Below are positions 39,240 through 48,651 of a stretch of DNA of 64,000 bases, in pieces. Below the pieces are notes generated by a model, which saw only the letters and a list, made by a program, of their open reading frames with translations, was not told where the DNA came from and ran no database searches. Each line of letters starts with the position of its first letter. The first letter of the stretch is position 1. A program made the position numbers and the translations under genes. Source of the DNA: a virus; the IMG/VR virus record IMGVR_UViG_3300025015_000001. The stretch is one strand, 5' to 3'.

Positions 39240-40047
39240 TATACAGAATTCAATCGAATTTGATTACTGGATAACTATAGAGAACCAATTCGAGAGAAAG
39301 AAGGGTGTTAAATTGCCCTGTAAGTCCCACAAAAAGCTAAATCAGGCACTGCGTGATGGATGGGTTCTAAATGATACCGCTGAGTTTTTCAAAGACAAAA
39401 ACGGAAAGTTCTATGCAAGAGTCTTCGTTCAAAAAGAGGTAAGTAAAGCCGAAAAGAAAGAAGTCTCTCTTGGTTGTGATGTTGGTTATAGAAACTCCGT
39501 CATCCGTTCAGACAGATACATAGGCAGGAACATAAGCCGAATAATCAGAACAGAGAGGCAGAAACAGGCATCAAGACAGAAGAATGGCTTGGAGGTAAAG
39601 AAGTCATTGGGTTTAAAGTCAAGGATTAAACAGGTGTTGGATTTAGAGGCTAAGATAGCGGTGAGACGTTCTCAGAAAGCTAAACTTAACCTGGTTGTAG
39701 AAAGCCCGAAGGTTCTGGCAAACCTGAGCAGTGGTAAGCTGCACGGTTGGGGCCGATCTTATTTTGCTAACAGGTGTCAGGTGCTTGGGAAAGAGCAGGG
39801 AGTTTTTATATGGGAAGTCAACCCCGCATACACCTCTCAGACTTGCTTCAAGTGCGGACACGTGGACAAACAAAGTCGTGCTGGTGTTTCCTTCGTTTGT
39901 ACTAAGTGCGGTCATGCCGACCACGCCGACATAAACGCTGCTAGAAACATAGCACTGAAGGGCACGGAGAGCTTAGGGAAACTCAAGCGTTCAGGCTCCG
40001 TTAATGTTTTAGGGGGGTATGTAAATGAAAAGTACAAATCCCGCTAA
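39217..40047 (+). mobile_element. tnpB: 5'-truncated TnpB (IS200/IS605/IS607-type) RuvC nuclease relic
   Basis: GCDVG, VVES, VNPAYTSQTCFKCG...CTKCG..DHADINAARNI; GC-rich; N-terminal domain and tnpA absent. Confidence 0.85.
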
Positions 40048-40108
40048 AATGTACCTGATAAAAGTCAATATAAATTTATTCCTAATAAAAAAATTATATT
40101 ATAGTGCA

Positions 40109-40154
40109 TTTTTTTCATTTTTTGAAAATTTTTTAAAAAATAATGTGATATAAT
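40109..40154 (+). promoter_or_regulatory. Phage-specific promoter motif
   Basis: TTTTTTTCATTTTTTGAAAATTTTTTAAAAAATAATGTGATATAAT. Confidence 0.75.
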
Positions 40155-40239
40155 GTATACTGATTATATCATCAGTTCTATCTTTTTTATCTTAAATTTT
40201 TTAAAAATCATAGTAAATACGATAAATTAGAGGATAACT

Positions 40240-40362
40240 TTGGCTAATAAAAAAACTTTTAATACTGTAGAAGATATCAGAGATGCGATTATGGAAGAGG
40301 ATACAGCAGTATCAATGTATACTGATTTGCTTCATTCTATTAAATTTAATGCTAGTAAGTAG
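40240..40362 (+). CDS. 40-aa peptide upstream of the protease
   Basis: AGAGG RBS, TTG start; MANKKTFNTVEDIRDAIMEEDTAVSMYTDLLHSIKFNASK. Confidence 0.55.
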   Translation: MANKKTFNTVEDIRDAIMEEDTAVSMYTDLLHSIKFNASK

Positions 40363-40372
40363 GAGCTAACTT

Positions 40373-43300
40373 TTGTCATTTTACAAAACATCAAAGGCTG
40401 ACATATTAGCATTTCGTAATACCTCCGAAGCTGGTTTTACGAGAAATGCATCTCAAATAAAGACATCATCCTTTTTCCAAAATAACGGAACTAAGGTAGA
40501 CGTCAAAGCTGCTATTGAGAATGTGGCTGATACCTATAAAATTTCCAAGAATCCTAACGATTATATATTTGTAATATCAAGAGCACTTACAGCAGATGTA
40601 CCTAACGAAAATAATGATGCATTTCCTGCAGACGAACTTTTAAGATTTGATCCTAAATATGGTTGCAGAGTATTCCAGACGTTTAATTTAAAACCAAATC
40701 ATATCAACCATAGAGCAGACGATCCAACACAAGCTCGTGGTGTTATATTAGATGCTCATTATAATGATATGGATAGCGACAATAAGTTTGTAGAAATTCT
40801 TGTTGCTGTAGATAAGACCAAAGATAGAAAGATTGCAGAAGGCATACTTAAGGGTGATATTAATAGTATGTCAATGGGTTGTTTTAGCGAAGAATGTCAT
40901 TGTAGCATATGTGGGCACATAGCATCTTCTTCTGATGAACTATGTCCAGATCACATTCGTGGTGGATTAAAAGGTAAATTATTTGAAGGCAAGAAAGCCT
41001 ATGAAAAATGTTATAAAGTTTGTTTTCAAGAAGAATCTTGGGTAGACGACCCAGCGGATCCTCAAGCATTAGTTAGCGAAGTATTAGGTATTAATGCTAA
41101 ATTAAAAGAAGCTGAAAAGAAGCATAAGATGGAAGATGAATCTTCTATTTTAATATTATCTAATAGACTATCTAAAATTGAGGAGTCACTTGGGGCTATG
41201 AATAAAAAAGCAAATGAAGAGAGGCTTATTCATGATGTCAACGGTCCAAATTGGCACGTGTTTACAAAAATAAGATTAGAGAATAATGGCGTTACTATTC
41301 TAAAAAATTATAGTGTTAATGCATCTGATAGAGCGCTTACTGAAGAGGAGTATAATGCTATACCTAATACCGAACTTCGCCCCTGGAACGAAACTGGCGA
41401 GCTTGACGCTAAAGGTAATAGACTGTCTACAGAATATTTTGTACCTACTAAAGGGTGGTTAAAAATAAATAATCCAGAATGGGTGTACGCGTCTGATACT
41501 CCTGATTTAAAAAAACAAGCCTTTAAAGTTGAAACTAAATTTAAGCAGAAGAAAGTAGAAGACTCTGCTATTACTAATATAGAACAGGAATCAGAAACTG
41601 AAGTTGAAACTAACTTAGATAAATTTATAGAAAAATCAAATACAGAGGAGCTAAAGCCTATGTCAGCCAATGAGTTTGGAGCAGTTAGTGCTACTAAAAA
41701 TCCCTATGTCAAGATTGCAGAAGGAAAAGTACCTTCGGCATGGAAGAGCCCAGGGAAATCAACTGGAAAAGTTCCATCATTATGGAGCAATCCTGGGAAG
41801 GGTAGCGGTAAGGTTCCCTCTCTTTGGAAGGCGGCTTTCATAGAAAAGCTTGCTCTTGATAGTAAAGCAGAAGAGTACTGGAAGAAGTATTGGGGTTCTT
41901 ATGGTGAGGAGCTTGTCAAGGACATTAAGAAGAAGAAGCTTGCAGGTAAGCTCACAGTAGAGCAGATGAAAGCTATTGAGCCTAAGTTTGCTGGGATAAT
42001 GGAGTCCGCTGGAATAGACACCATCGCAGTAGATAACGTACTAGAGCTTGGTGACGCGATCAACTCAGTACAGGCAGCTAAGGACCAAAAATCTAAGCTC
42101 TGGTCTGACATAGATAATAAGATAAAGACTAAGAAGGCTGATTTAGAGATAGCTCTTTGTGGAGATGAGTGGATTTTTAAGGAAGGATCTAAGAATATTT
42201 TTGCTATAGATAATTCTTTTAATATTACAAAAGAAGCTTTTGAGAGCGATGAATTTGGTCAAAGTATATGCAAGTCACTTTTAGAAGATGGTGCTGAAAA
42301 GACTGCGGCTGAATACAGAGTTTCTCTTTATGATGCGACATCTAATGAGCCTGCTTCTATTTTAGAAGGGGCAGAAGATGATATTAGGGGAGAAGAGAAG
42401 AAGAAACCCACTAATGGTGTTGAAGAAGGCGGGTCAGATGATGTAGCTGATGTATACCGAGGCGATATCAAAGAAGAGGGTGGTGTAACAGAGGGTGCTA
42501 CTAATGATCTAAAAGCTACCAAAACTGCGGACATTAAGAGATTTAATGAAGTTATGCAGATAGCTGAGGATCTTATAGAAAAAGATAAACTTTCAGCACC
42601 AAAACAGGATAAGTTGGTTGATGTAATTAAAGAACTATATTTGCATCCCACAGAAGAGAAGAAAGAAAAAGAAGAAGATAAAATTGAAACCGAAATAGAA
42701 GCTCCTATTACTGATATAATGGAACCAAAAGAATCTAAGAAGGCCTCCACAGAAGATGTTAGAATGATAATTAAAGCTCTGACAGACCAGGCGATAGCAG
42801 AAGGCAAGTCAACCAGCTCACCAGAGATGCTGGACGCTATATCAGCGATTAAAATTGCATTTGATTTGGCGGAAACCCACCCAATATCAGAAACTCTTAG
42901 TAGCGGAGAAACCGTCACCTCAAATATTTACGCTAAAATGGTAGCAGAAAAGGTAGCTAATATTCTTGACAGTCCCATCACAGATTTAGCTGACAAGAAA
43001 GATGAGGCTAAAGATGGTGTGGTAGAGAATGGAATTGATGATATCAAAGGTGTAGATAGAGAATCAAACGCCGACCATATTTATGGTGGCGGACAAGACG
43101 ACATAGCAGAAGACAAGGGTGAAGTTATTAAGGTTGGTTCCAAAGAGTACGAAGAAGTAATCTCTAAGACAGCAACAGAAATAGCAGAAACCAGAATTGC
43201 TCAGGAGATGGATTTATTTAAGAAATCTTATGAAGCAAGACTAAAGAGGGCGCTCAATATATCAATAAGAAGGGCTAATCTTAATCTTATTGATAATGAG

Positions 43301-43672
43301 CTTAAGGCAGCAATGTACGATGTACTTACTTCTGAGTTTGAACTTCCTACTGGTGAAGTAGTTCCTGCATTAGAAGGTGTGGACGCAAACTGTCTTATCG
43401 AAGCAGCATTTAATAAAGGTGCTAAGAAGTTCTTCTCAAATATTTTAGCAGAGTCAGATAGAGCAATGAATCTTTCTGAGGATGCTCTTATTGAGGTAGA
43501 GAATGATTTGAATGGGCTTAATGTTGCACCAGTAACAGCTTCTTATGCTAAGAAAGAGGTTGTTGTTAATACCAAAGCCAAAGAAGCAGTAGAGGGTAAT
43601 CCTATATTTAAGTCTTCTTCGGAAGTAGCTAAGAGCAAGTTTCCAAGCATAAAAGGAATATTTAGGAGTTAA
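40373..43672 (+). CDS. Prohead protease-scaffold fusion
   Basis: N-domain PNENNDAF...HINH...ARGVILDA...SMSMGC...CSICG...FQEESWVDDPAD; long acidic scaffold-like C-region; upstream of capsid genes. Confidence 0.8.
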   Translation: MSFYKTSKADILAFRNTSEAGFTRNASQIKTSSFFQNNGTKVDVKAAIENVADTYKISKNPNDYIFVISRALTADVPNENNDAFPADELLRFDPKYGCRVFQTFNLKPNHINHRADDPTQARGVILDAHYNDMDSDNKFVEILVAVDKTKDRKIAEGILKGDINSMSMGCFSEECHCSICGHIASSSDELCPDHIRGGLKGKLFEGKKAYEKCYKVCFQEESWVDDPADPQALVSEVLGINAKLKEAEKKHKMEDESSILILSNRLSKIEESLGAMNKKANEERLIHDVNGPNWHVFTKIRLENNGVTILKNYSVNASDRALTEEEYNAIPNTELRPWNETGELDAKGNRLSTEYFVPTKGWLKINNPEWVYASDTPDLKKQAFKVETKFKQKKVEDSAITNIEQESETEVETNLDKFIEKSNTEELKPMSANEFGAVSATKNPYVKIAEGKVPSAWKSPGKSTGKVPSLWSNPGKGSGKVPSLWKAAFIEKLALDSKAEEYWKKYWGSYGEELVKDIKKKKLAGKLTVEQMKAIEPKFAGIMESAGIDTIAVDNVLELGDAINSVQAAKDQKSKLWSDIDNKIKTKKADLEIALCGDEWIFKEGSKNIFAIDNSFNITKEAFESDEFGQSICKSLLEDGAEKTAAEYRVSLYDATSNEPASILEGAEDDIRGEEKKKPTNGVEEGGSDDVADVYRGDIKEEGGVTEGATNDLKATKTADIKRFNEVMQIAEDLIEKDKLSAPKQDKLVDVIKELYLHPTEEKKEKEEDKIETEIEAPITDIMEPKESKKASTEDVRMIIKALTDQAIAEGKSTSSPEMLDAISAIKIAFDLAETHPISETLSSGETVTSNIYAKMVAEKVANILDSPITDLADKKDEAKDGVVENGIDDIKGVDRESNADHIYGGGQDDIAEDKGEVIKVGSKEYEEVISKTATEIAETRIAQEMDLFKKSYEARLKRALNISIRRANLNLIDNELKAAMYDVLTSEFELPTGEVVPALEGVDANCLIEAAFNKGAKKFFSNILAESDRAMNLSEDALIEVENDLNGLNVAPVTASYAKKEVVVNTKAKEAVEGNPIFKSSSEVAKSKFPSIKGIFRS
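41723..41830 (+). repeat. Three 14-aa GKVPS(A/L)W repeats
   Basis: GKVPSAWKSPGKST GKVPSLWSNPGKGS GKVPSLWK. Confidence 0.9.
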
Positions 43673-43674
43673 GC

Positions 43675-44334
43675 ATGAATAGAGTGCACATTAACGATAA
43701 GTTTGACTTAGTTTGGTCTGATAACGGCTTGAATAAAAATTTGTACTTCGGCTCAGAATGGCTCCCTGGTCCAGCTATTCGTTATAAAGATGATAATCCG
43801 TTCGCTCCAGTCAATATCCTACCCAGAACACTTGTACCACGATGGATTACACAAGAAGAGTATGATAGTGCTCTCAGTAAGGCTAAAGCACAAGGTGCTG
43901 ATATTAAAACAACTGGACCTTATATAACAGAGGTTAAACAATCCTATTTTAGAGATAAGTCAATAGCAATTAAGAATGGCCACAAAGTTACTAATGAGAT
44001 CGATGACTTTCTTATGTGGTGTGAAGCTAATAAGATAAAGATAGCCTCCTTAAACGTAACCAATCAATTTGAGGATGGGACTGGTTATTTTGAGTGGAAT
44101 CTTGATGAAGCATCTGTTGAAGAGTATGTCATACAAATCGAGGACAACCATCCCGATTATACTAAAGAAGAAAAATTAGAACTTTTAGAAGAGTTTTTGA
44201 TAGATGATTATAATAGTCTTGTTCATAACTTAACTTTTTATCTTGGAAAAGGATTAAAGGTAGTATTATCTAATTACCAATTAAAAACTCCTGTACCAAG
44301 TTTTAGAAGTGCTTTAGAAAAGTACATCAAATGA
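43675..44334 (+). CDS. Putative head-associated protein
   Basis: Contains the DKSIAIKNGHKVTNEIDDFLMWCEANK module shared with 18256. Confidence 0.65.
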   Translation: MNRVHINDKFDLVWSDNGLNKNLYFGSEWLPGPAIRYKDDNPFAPVNILPRTLVPRWITQEEYDSALSKAKAQGADIKTTGPYITEVKQSYFRDKSIAIKNGHKVTNEIDDFLMWCEANKIKIASLNVTNQFEDGTGYFEWNLDEASVEEYVIQIEDNHPDYTKEEKLELLEEFLIDDYNSLVHNLTFYLGKGLKVVLSNYQLKTPVPSFRSALEKYIK

Positions 44335-44382
44335 TTACAGCAAAATTTAGGTAGTAACTAAAATTCTAAGATAGGAGGTAAA

Positions 44383-44664
44383 ATGGCTACATCACTAATA
44401 ACTACAATTGCTACAGCAACAAGTGTATCAGAAGCTAATGTTACATTAGTATTAGAAGAGCTTTCTGATATTGTAGAGGCAATTAAAAACGGTAGTTACG
44501 AAGGCACTAATTTTTCTGGATTGGAGAAGTTTGTATATAGCACCAATGTTCCTGGCGCAGGATATGCAGTAAGTACTTTAACTCTTCCCGACAGAAATGT
44601 TAGTAAACTTTTTAACAAGGTATTTAACAGAATTTCTAGACTTTCAAGAGTCCAGAAGTCATAA
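44383..44664 (+). CDS. Hypothetical protein, weak HU-like N-terminus
   Basis: AGGAGG RBS; 93 aa. Confidence 0.65.
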   Translation: MATSLITTIATATSVSEANVTLVLEELSDIVEAIKNGSYEGTNFSGLEKFVYSTNVPGAGYAVSTLTLPDRNVSKLFNKVFNRISRLSRVQKS

Positions 44665-44688
44665 AAACGAAGAAAGGAGTGATACAAA

Positions 44689-45384
44689 ATGGCAATAGAT
44701 CTTAAAAAAGTGAGAAATCTTGGCGGGGCTGAATACGGTAACAACGTAGTTGATGCTAACTCATCCTGGCAGGCTGGGCAGATTGCTGCCTATACAACTG
44801 ACAGTGCTGGTAATACCACAGTTACTGTAGCTGGCACTGGAAGCAATGCTGCTGGTATTTTTAAGTGGGACAAGGCAACTACTCTTTATGGGGTGGTAGT
44901 CAGTGAGACCGTGACATTTGATGCAGTAGATTCTGTAGAGAATCTAGCACATGCTAATGTTTCCAATGTCAGAGTAATAGATTCTGATGGTTCTACAGAT
45001 AGAACATCTGGTGTCACAGTTAATGCTACGAATGGCACGCTTACCAATGGTGGCACAGGCAGTGGTATAGCCGCAGGCGAGACTGTTACAGTAACTTATA
45101 CTTATCAGAAGACCGAAGCAGAACTTCAGAGGGATGGTAAGAATCTTTACAATACTAATGATTTCACTGCAGGTTCTAATAGGATAACACTGTTCCAGGG
45201 CAACTGGAGGATCTACACTGATCAGTTCGATACTGCACAGAACTACACACTAGGTGCTGCTCTTTACGTCGGCGCTAATGGAAAGTTTACGTCACAAGTT
45301 CTTACTAATAGGGCAGGAAGAGTTGCAGATGTTCCTACGGCATCTAATCCATTTCTTGGCGTAGAAGGAAGTTTCATAGCATAA
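44689..45384 (+). CDS. Probable capsid decoration protein with Ig-like insertion
   Basis: Directly upstream of MCP with the same AAGGAGTGATACAAAA RBS context; Gly/Thr-rich. Confidence 0.7.
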   Translation: MAIDLKKVRNLGGAEYGNNVVDANSSWQAGQIAAYTTDSAGNTTVTVAGTGSNAAGIFKWDKATTLYGVVVSETVTFDAVDSVENLAHANVSNVRVIDSDGSTDRTSGVTVNATNGTLTNGGTGSGIAAGETVTVTYTYQKTEAELQRDGKNLYNTNDFTAGSNRITLFQGNWRIYTDQFDTAQNYTLGAALYVGANGKFTSQVLTNRAGRVADVPTASNPFLGVEGSFIA

Positions 45385-45417
45385 TCTAAAACTAATTAAG
45401 AAAGGAGTGATACAAAA

Positions 45418-46524
45418 ATGGTTAATCCATACAGAAAGACAGCAAAACATGTAGCCGCGGATGGTTCTGCTTACAATCCAGCCGCTTTTGGTGGGATAAA
45501 AGGAGACGGGTCTATTGCTAGGGGTGCTGGTAAGGCATTCGATGGTAATGGTCAGGTAAATGCCTATGATAAAAAAGATGCTCTCACACAGACCATCAAT
45601 GCTTATCAGTCAGCAGTAGCTGATGCTTCTAAGGGCGGTATTAGGAAAGAAAGCGCACTCGATAAGCAGGCTAAGAGAGAAGCTATTCAAGCTGCCCTTA
45701 ATGATACCGAGGGATTTAAGATGATCGGCTCTGAACTCTTGGCTCCAGTCAAGGAAATCATAGACTACGAGTCATGGTCAAGGAAGCTGCTCAGAGTAAG
45801 GCCTCTTGCTCAGGGCGAACAGTTCAGGATCACCAAGGACGTTGCTAAGCAGGTTACAGCGTGGATGGTTGGTCAGGACGGCCAGACCCCAGTTAGTCAG
45901 GTTACTGGTAAGTATATAATGCCTGCCGAATTTAAGATCACAAGCTTCGTTGATATCGATATCACTGATATCTATCAGATGCAGTATGATGGTCTTGATA
46001 GGGCGCAGGATTTTGCTCGCCAGGATATAGAGCGTCAGGAAGACAAGGCACTTGTAGCTGCTCTAGAAGCTGCCGCCGCAACCAGCAATGATGTTACTTA
46101 TTTCGCATCATTGGGCCTCACTGCTTTCGCTGATATTATGTATCAGGTAGAAAAGAACAGGCTTATGGTTGACAAGTTCCTTATCAGCAGGGCAGAGCTG
46201 GTTGATATACAGACCACAATGTCAGCTGGTGTTGACCCTGTTACCGAAAGGGAGTTAATTCTTTCTGGTTACATCGGTAATATATACAATGCACAGATAA
46301 TCACTTCTGCTGGTACCAATACATTTGAAGTAGTTCCTGCAGGAGTTGTATATGCCGTGACTGCCCCTGAATATTTGGGTGACTTCGGAATAAGGATTGA
46401 TCTCTTTTCCGAACCATTTAACAACTATGTTATTGGTCAGACAAGAAAAGGCTGGGCATTTATTGAGCAGATTGGTATTGGGCTCCCAAATTCCTTCGCT
46501 ATAGCTAAGGGTTCTAAGCAGTAG
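45418..46524 (+). CDS. Major capsid protein
   Basis: 368 aa after protease/scaffold and decoration genes; LLAPVKEIIDYESWSRKLL, E-loop-like QGEQFRITKD; biased codon usage; followed by a terminator. Confidence 0.85.
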   Translation: MVNPYRKTAKHVAADGSAYNPAAFGGIKGDGSIARGAGKAFDGNGQVNAYDKKDALTQTINAYQSAVADASKGGIRKESALDKQAKREAIQAALNDTEGFKMIGSELLAPVKEIIDYESWSRKLLRVRPLAQGEQFRITKDVAKQVTAWMVGQDGQTPVSQVTGKYIMPAEFKITSFVDIDITDIYQMQYDGLDRAQDFARQDIERQEDKALVAALEAAAATSNDVTYFASLGLTAFADIMYQVEKNRLMVDKFLISRAELVDIQTTMSAGVDPVTERELILSGYIGNIYNAQIITSAGTNTFEVVPAGVVYAVTAPEYLGDFGIRIDLFSEPFNNYVIGQTRKGWAFIEQIGIGLPNSFAIAKGSKQ

Positions 46525-46554
46525 TAATTACTCAATATTTTAATACTAATTATC

Positions 46555-46593
46555 AGGGAAGTATGGTGTAAAAGCCTACTTCCCTATTTTTTT
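46555..46593 (+). terminator. Rho-independent terminator after MCP
   Basis: AGGGAAGTA...TACTTCCCT stem followed by a T-tract. Confidence 0.85.
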
Positions 46594-46655
46594 ACTTGTT
46601 TTTATTAAGCATTTGTGCTATACTTTACTTATAAAATTTAAGTAAAGGAGAATGT

Positions 46656-47570
46656 ATGAAAATAAGTATCGAAAATATTGGTAAGGAGCAAGACAAATAC
46701 TTAAGAAGTCTACCCAAAGGATAAGAAATCTGGTGCACAGAAAATAATTTAGGTAGTATTCTGGCGATATTATTCCCTAAAACAGAAATCATCCACGATA
46801 AAAACCTAAAATTATCTGGGTTTACTATTAGGCCGGATTATTATTTACCGAAGCAAAAGCTAGCTATTGAGTACCAAGGACCGCGTCATTTTACTGAGGC
46901 AAAGACAATTAATAGAGATGAACTTAAGAGAATTATCTATAAAGATAATAATATTACTTGTATAGAACTTCCGTACTTTATCCAACCGACAAAAGAAGTA
47001 TTAACCTATTTATTTAAAGATAATAAATATATTGATGATTTTAGTAATGGATTTCCTCATGGATTTATCCACCCAGATGCTATATTATTAGGTGATTTTA
47101 ATCGGTGTGGGCTCATTACTGTCGAGCAAATACTCAATTCCTTTCCTACAGAAGTTAGGCACGACTGTTTTGCCTCATTGAGTAAGCAGGCGCAATCCGA
47201 TGGTGTTATAGATGTTATGTACAATCCATTCTTTATAAAGAATAGTCCTCATATAAAAAATGATTTTATTGATATGGGCAATGTTATATTAAATTTAATA
47301 GCCGAAGAAGACGATATTGTTGGTACATCCTATTGGGAAAAGGATAATAATTTTATCCTACTTATAGAAAATAAAATATCTTGCGTAATAGATAGTATTG
47401 ATAACTGTATGGTGGCGTCTGTTAGTCTATATAATTTATTATCACCATTAGAGGTTGCTAATATTATAGAAAAATTATACAGCATAAAAAACTTGTGTAC
47501 TGTGGTTATGGACGTTTTTACTGAAGAAGATCAAAAATTATGGGGAACAGACGCCACATCAAGTATATAG
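46656..47570 (+). pseudogene. PD-(D/E)xK/Vsr-like nuclease gene with one in-frame TAA (46722-46724)
   Basis: AAGGAG RBS; frame otherwise open for about 300 codons; RPDYYLPKQKLAIEYQGPRHF motif. Confidence 0.75.
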
Positions 47571-47628
47571 AGTAATTCGTTTATATTATTACACGTGATT
47601 GCGGAAATTTAGTATTTGAGTATGTGAT

Positions 47629-47916
47629 ATGAAAAATAAAGATTGTAAAAAATGTCCCAAAGAATTGTGTAAAGACTATCATGAGAGAATACTATCTGAA
47701 CAATTATTTTATTTATTATCAAGTAAACAATTTTCTCTATTTCCTCCGTGCAGAGAACTTCATATAGATAAAAAATTTTTTATCAAATTGTATGATAAAG
47801 ACTCTACCTGGTGCCGATACGATTCATTTTATGAAGCTATTGACGCATTATTACTATATAAAGACCTACAATTTGAAGACTGTTTCAGATTAACAAAAAT
47901 CAAATCCCAACTATAA
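47629..47916 (+). CDS. LTKIK-family small protein (copy 8, Cys type)
   Basis: DCKKCPKELC...FPPC...SFYEAIDALL...FEDCFRLTKIKSQL. Confidence 0.8.
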   Translation: MKNKDCKKCPKELCKDYHERILSEQLFYLLSSKQFSLFPPCRELHIDKKFFIKLYDKDSTWCRYDSFYEAIDALLLYKDLQFEDCFRLTKIKSQL

Positions 47917-47962
47917 TTTTTTTCATTTTTTAAAAATTTTTGAAAATTAATTGTGATATAAT
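47917..47962 (+). promoter_or_regulatory. Phage-specific promoter motif
   Basis: TTTTTTTCATTTTTTAAAAATTTTTGAAAATTAATTGTGATATAAT. Confidence 0.75.
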
Positions 47963-47971
47963 ATATTTATT

Positions 47972-48379
47972 ATGAACTACGAACGGCAATTATCCCTACA
48001 GGATGAAGATCTAATTTTACTTAATCTCTTAGAAGTTTCTTATAAACTTTTATCACAAGAAGTAGATGGGGAGGGTTATTGGCAAATTTCTGTTAAATAC
48101 AATCCTGTTGATAAGATTAATATAGGACAAGAAGAATATCTTATAAGTATATTTGATCAATTAATTCATGCACTTACACAGCGCGGCCAGAATGTATACT
48201 ATGCAGTAGAAACAATAGAAGATATAATAGATAGATGGAATGAGCAGTTTTCTACAAAAGTAAAAGACAGAATATATGACATCCTAACTAAGACTCTTGT
48301 GTATTATGTTGAAGTGGAAAATATGGCACAATTAACACAATCTGTTCCACATGATATGCCACAATATATGGGCAGCTAA
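47972..48379 (+). CDS. Hypothetical protein
   Basis: 135 aa, no SD, 9 nt after TATAAT. Confidence 0.65.
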   Translation: MNYERQLSLQDEDLILLNLLEVSYKLLSQEVDGEGYWQISVKYNPVDKINIGQEEYLISIFDQLIHALTQRGQNVYYAVETIEDIIDRWNEQFSTKVKDRIYDILTKTLVYYVEVENMAQLTQSVPHDMPQYMGS

Positions 48380-48590
48380 GAAAATCTATTCCAGATTTAG
48401 CTGATAGATAATCTTTTTTATTTTTGCATACCAATAATTTATATGTATTGGTGTGTAACACCAGTGCCAGTTCCTCCGATAAAGAGGAATAAGTAGCACC
48501 TTTAAAAAAATTATTGTATTCTTCGAGTAACTCATATTCTTTACCCTCTAAATTAAATTTTATGATTTCATCTTTTTTTAATTTTAACAT
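48288..48590 (-). CDS. Hypothetical protein (antisense cassette)
   Basis: GGAGG RBS before ATG 48590; own promoter TTGACT-17-TAGTAT at 48611-48639. Confidence 0.6.
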   Translation of the reverse strand: MLKLKKDEIIKFNLEGKEYELLEEYNNFFKGATYSSLSEELALVLHTNTYKLLVCKNKKDYLSAKSGIDFLSCPYIVAYHVEQIVLIVPYFPLQHNTQES

Positions 48591-48651
48591 TGTAGTCCTC
48601 CATGTAGGGAATACTAACACACTTAAATTTTAAAGTCAAGGAAAATACAAA

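Noticed and set aside
7788-47916. Diversity-generating retroelement explaining the LTKIK family
   Set aside because: No reverse transcriptase in the window; the copies are too divergent and differences are not adenine-specific.
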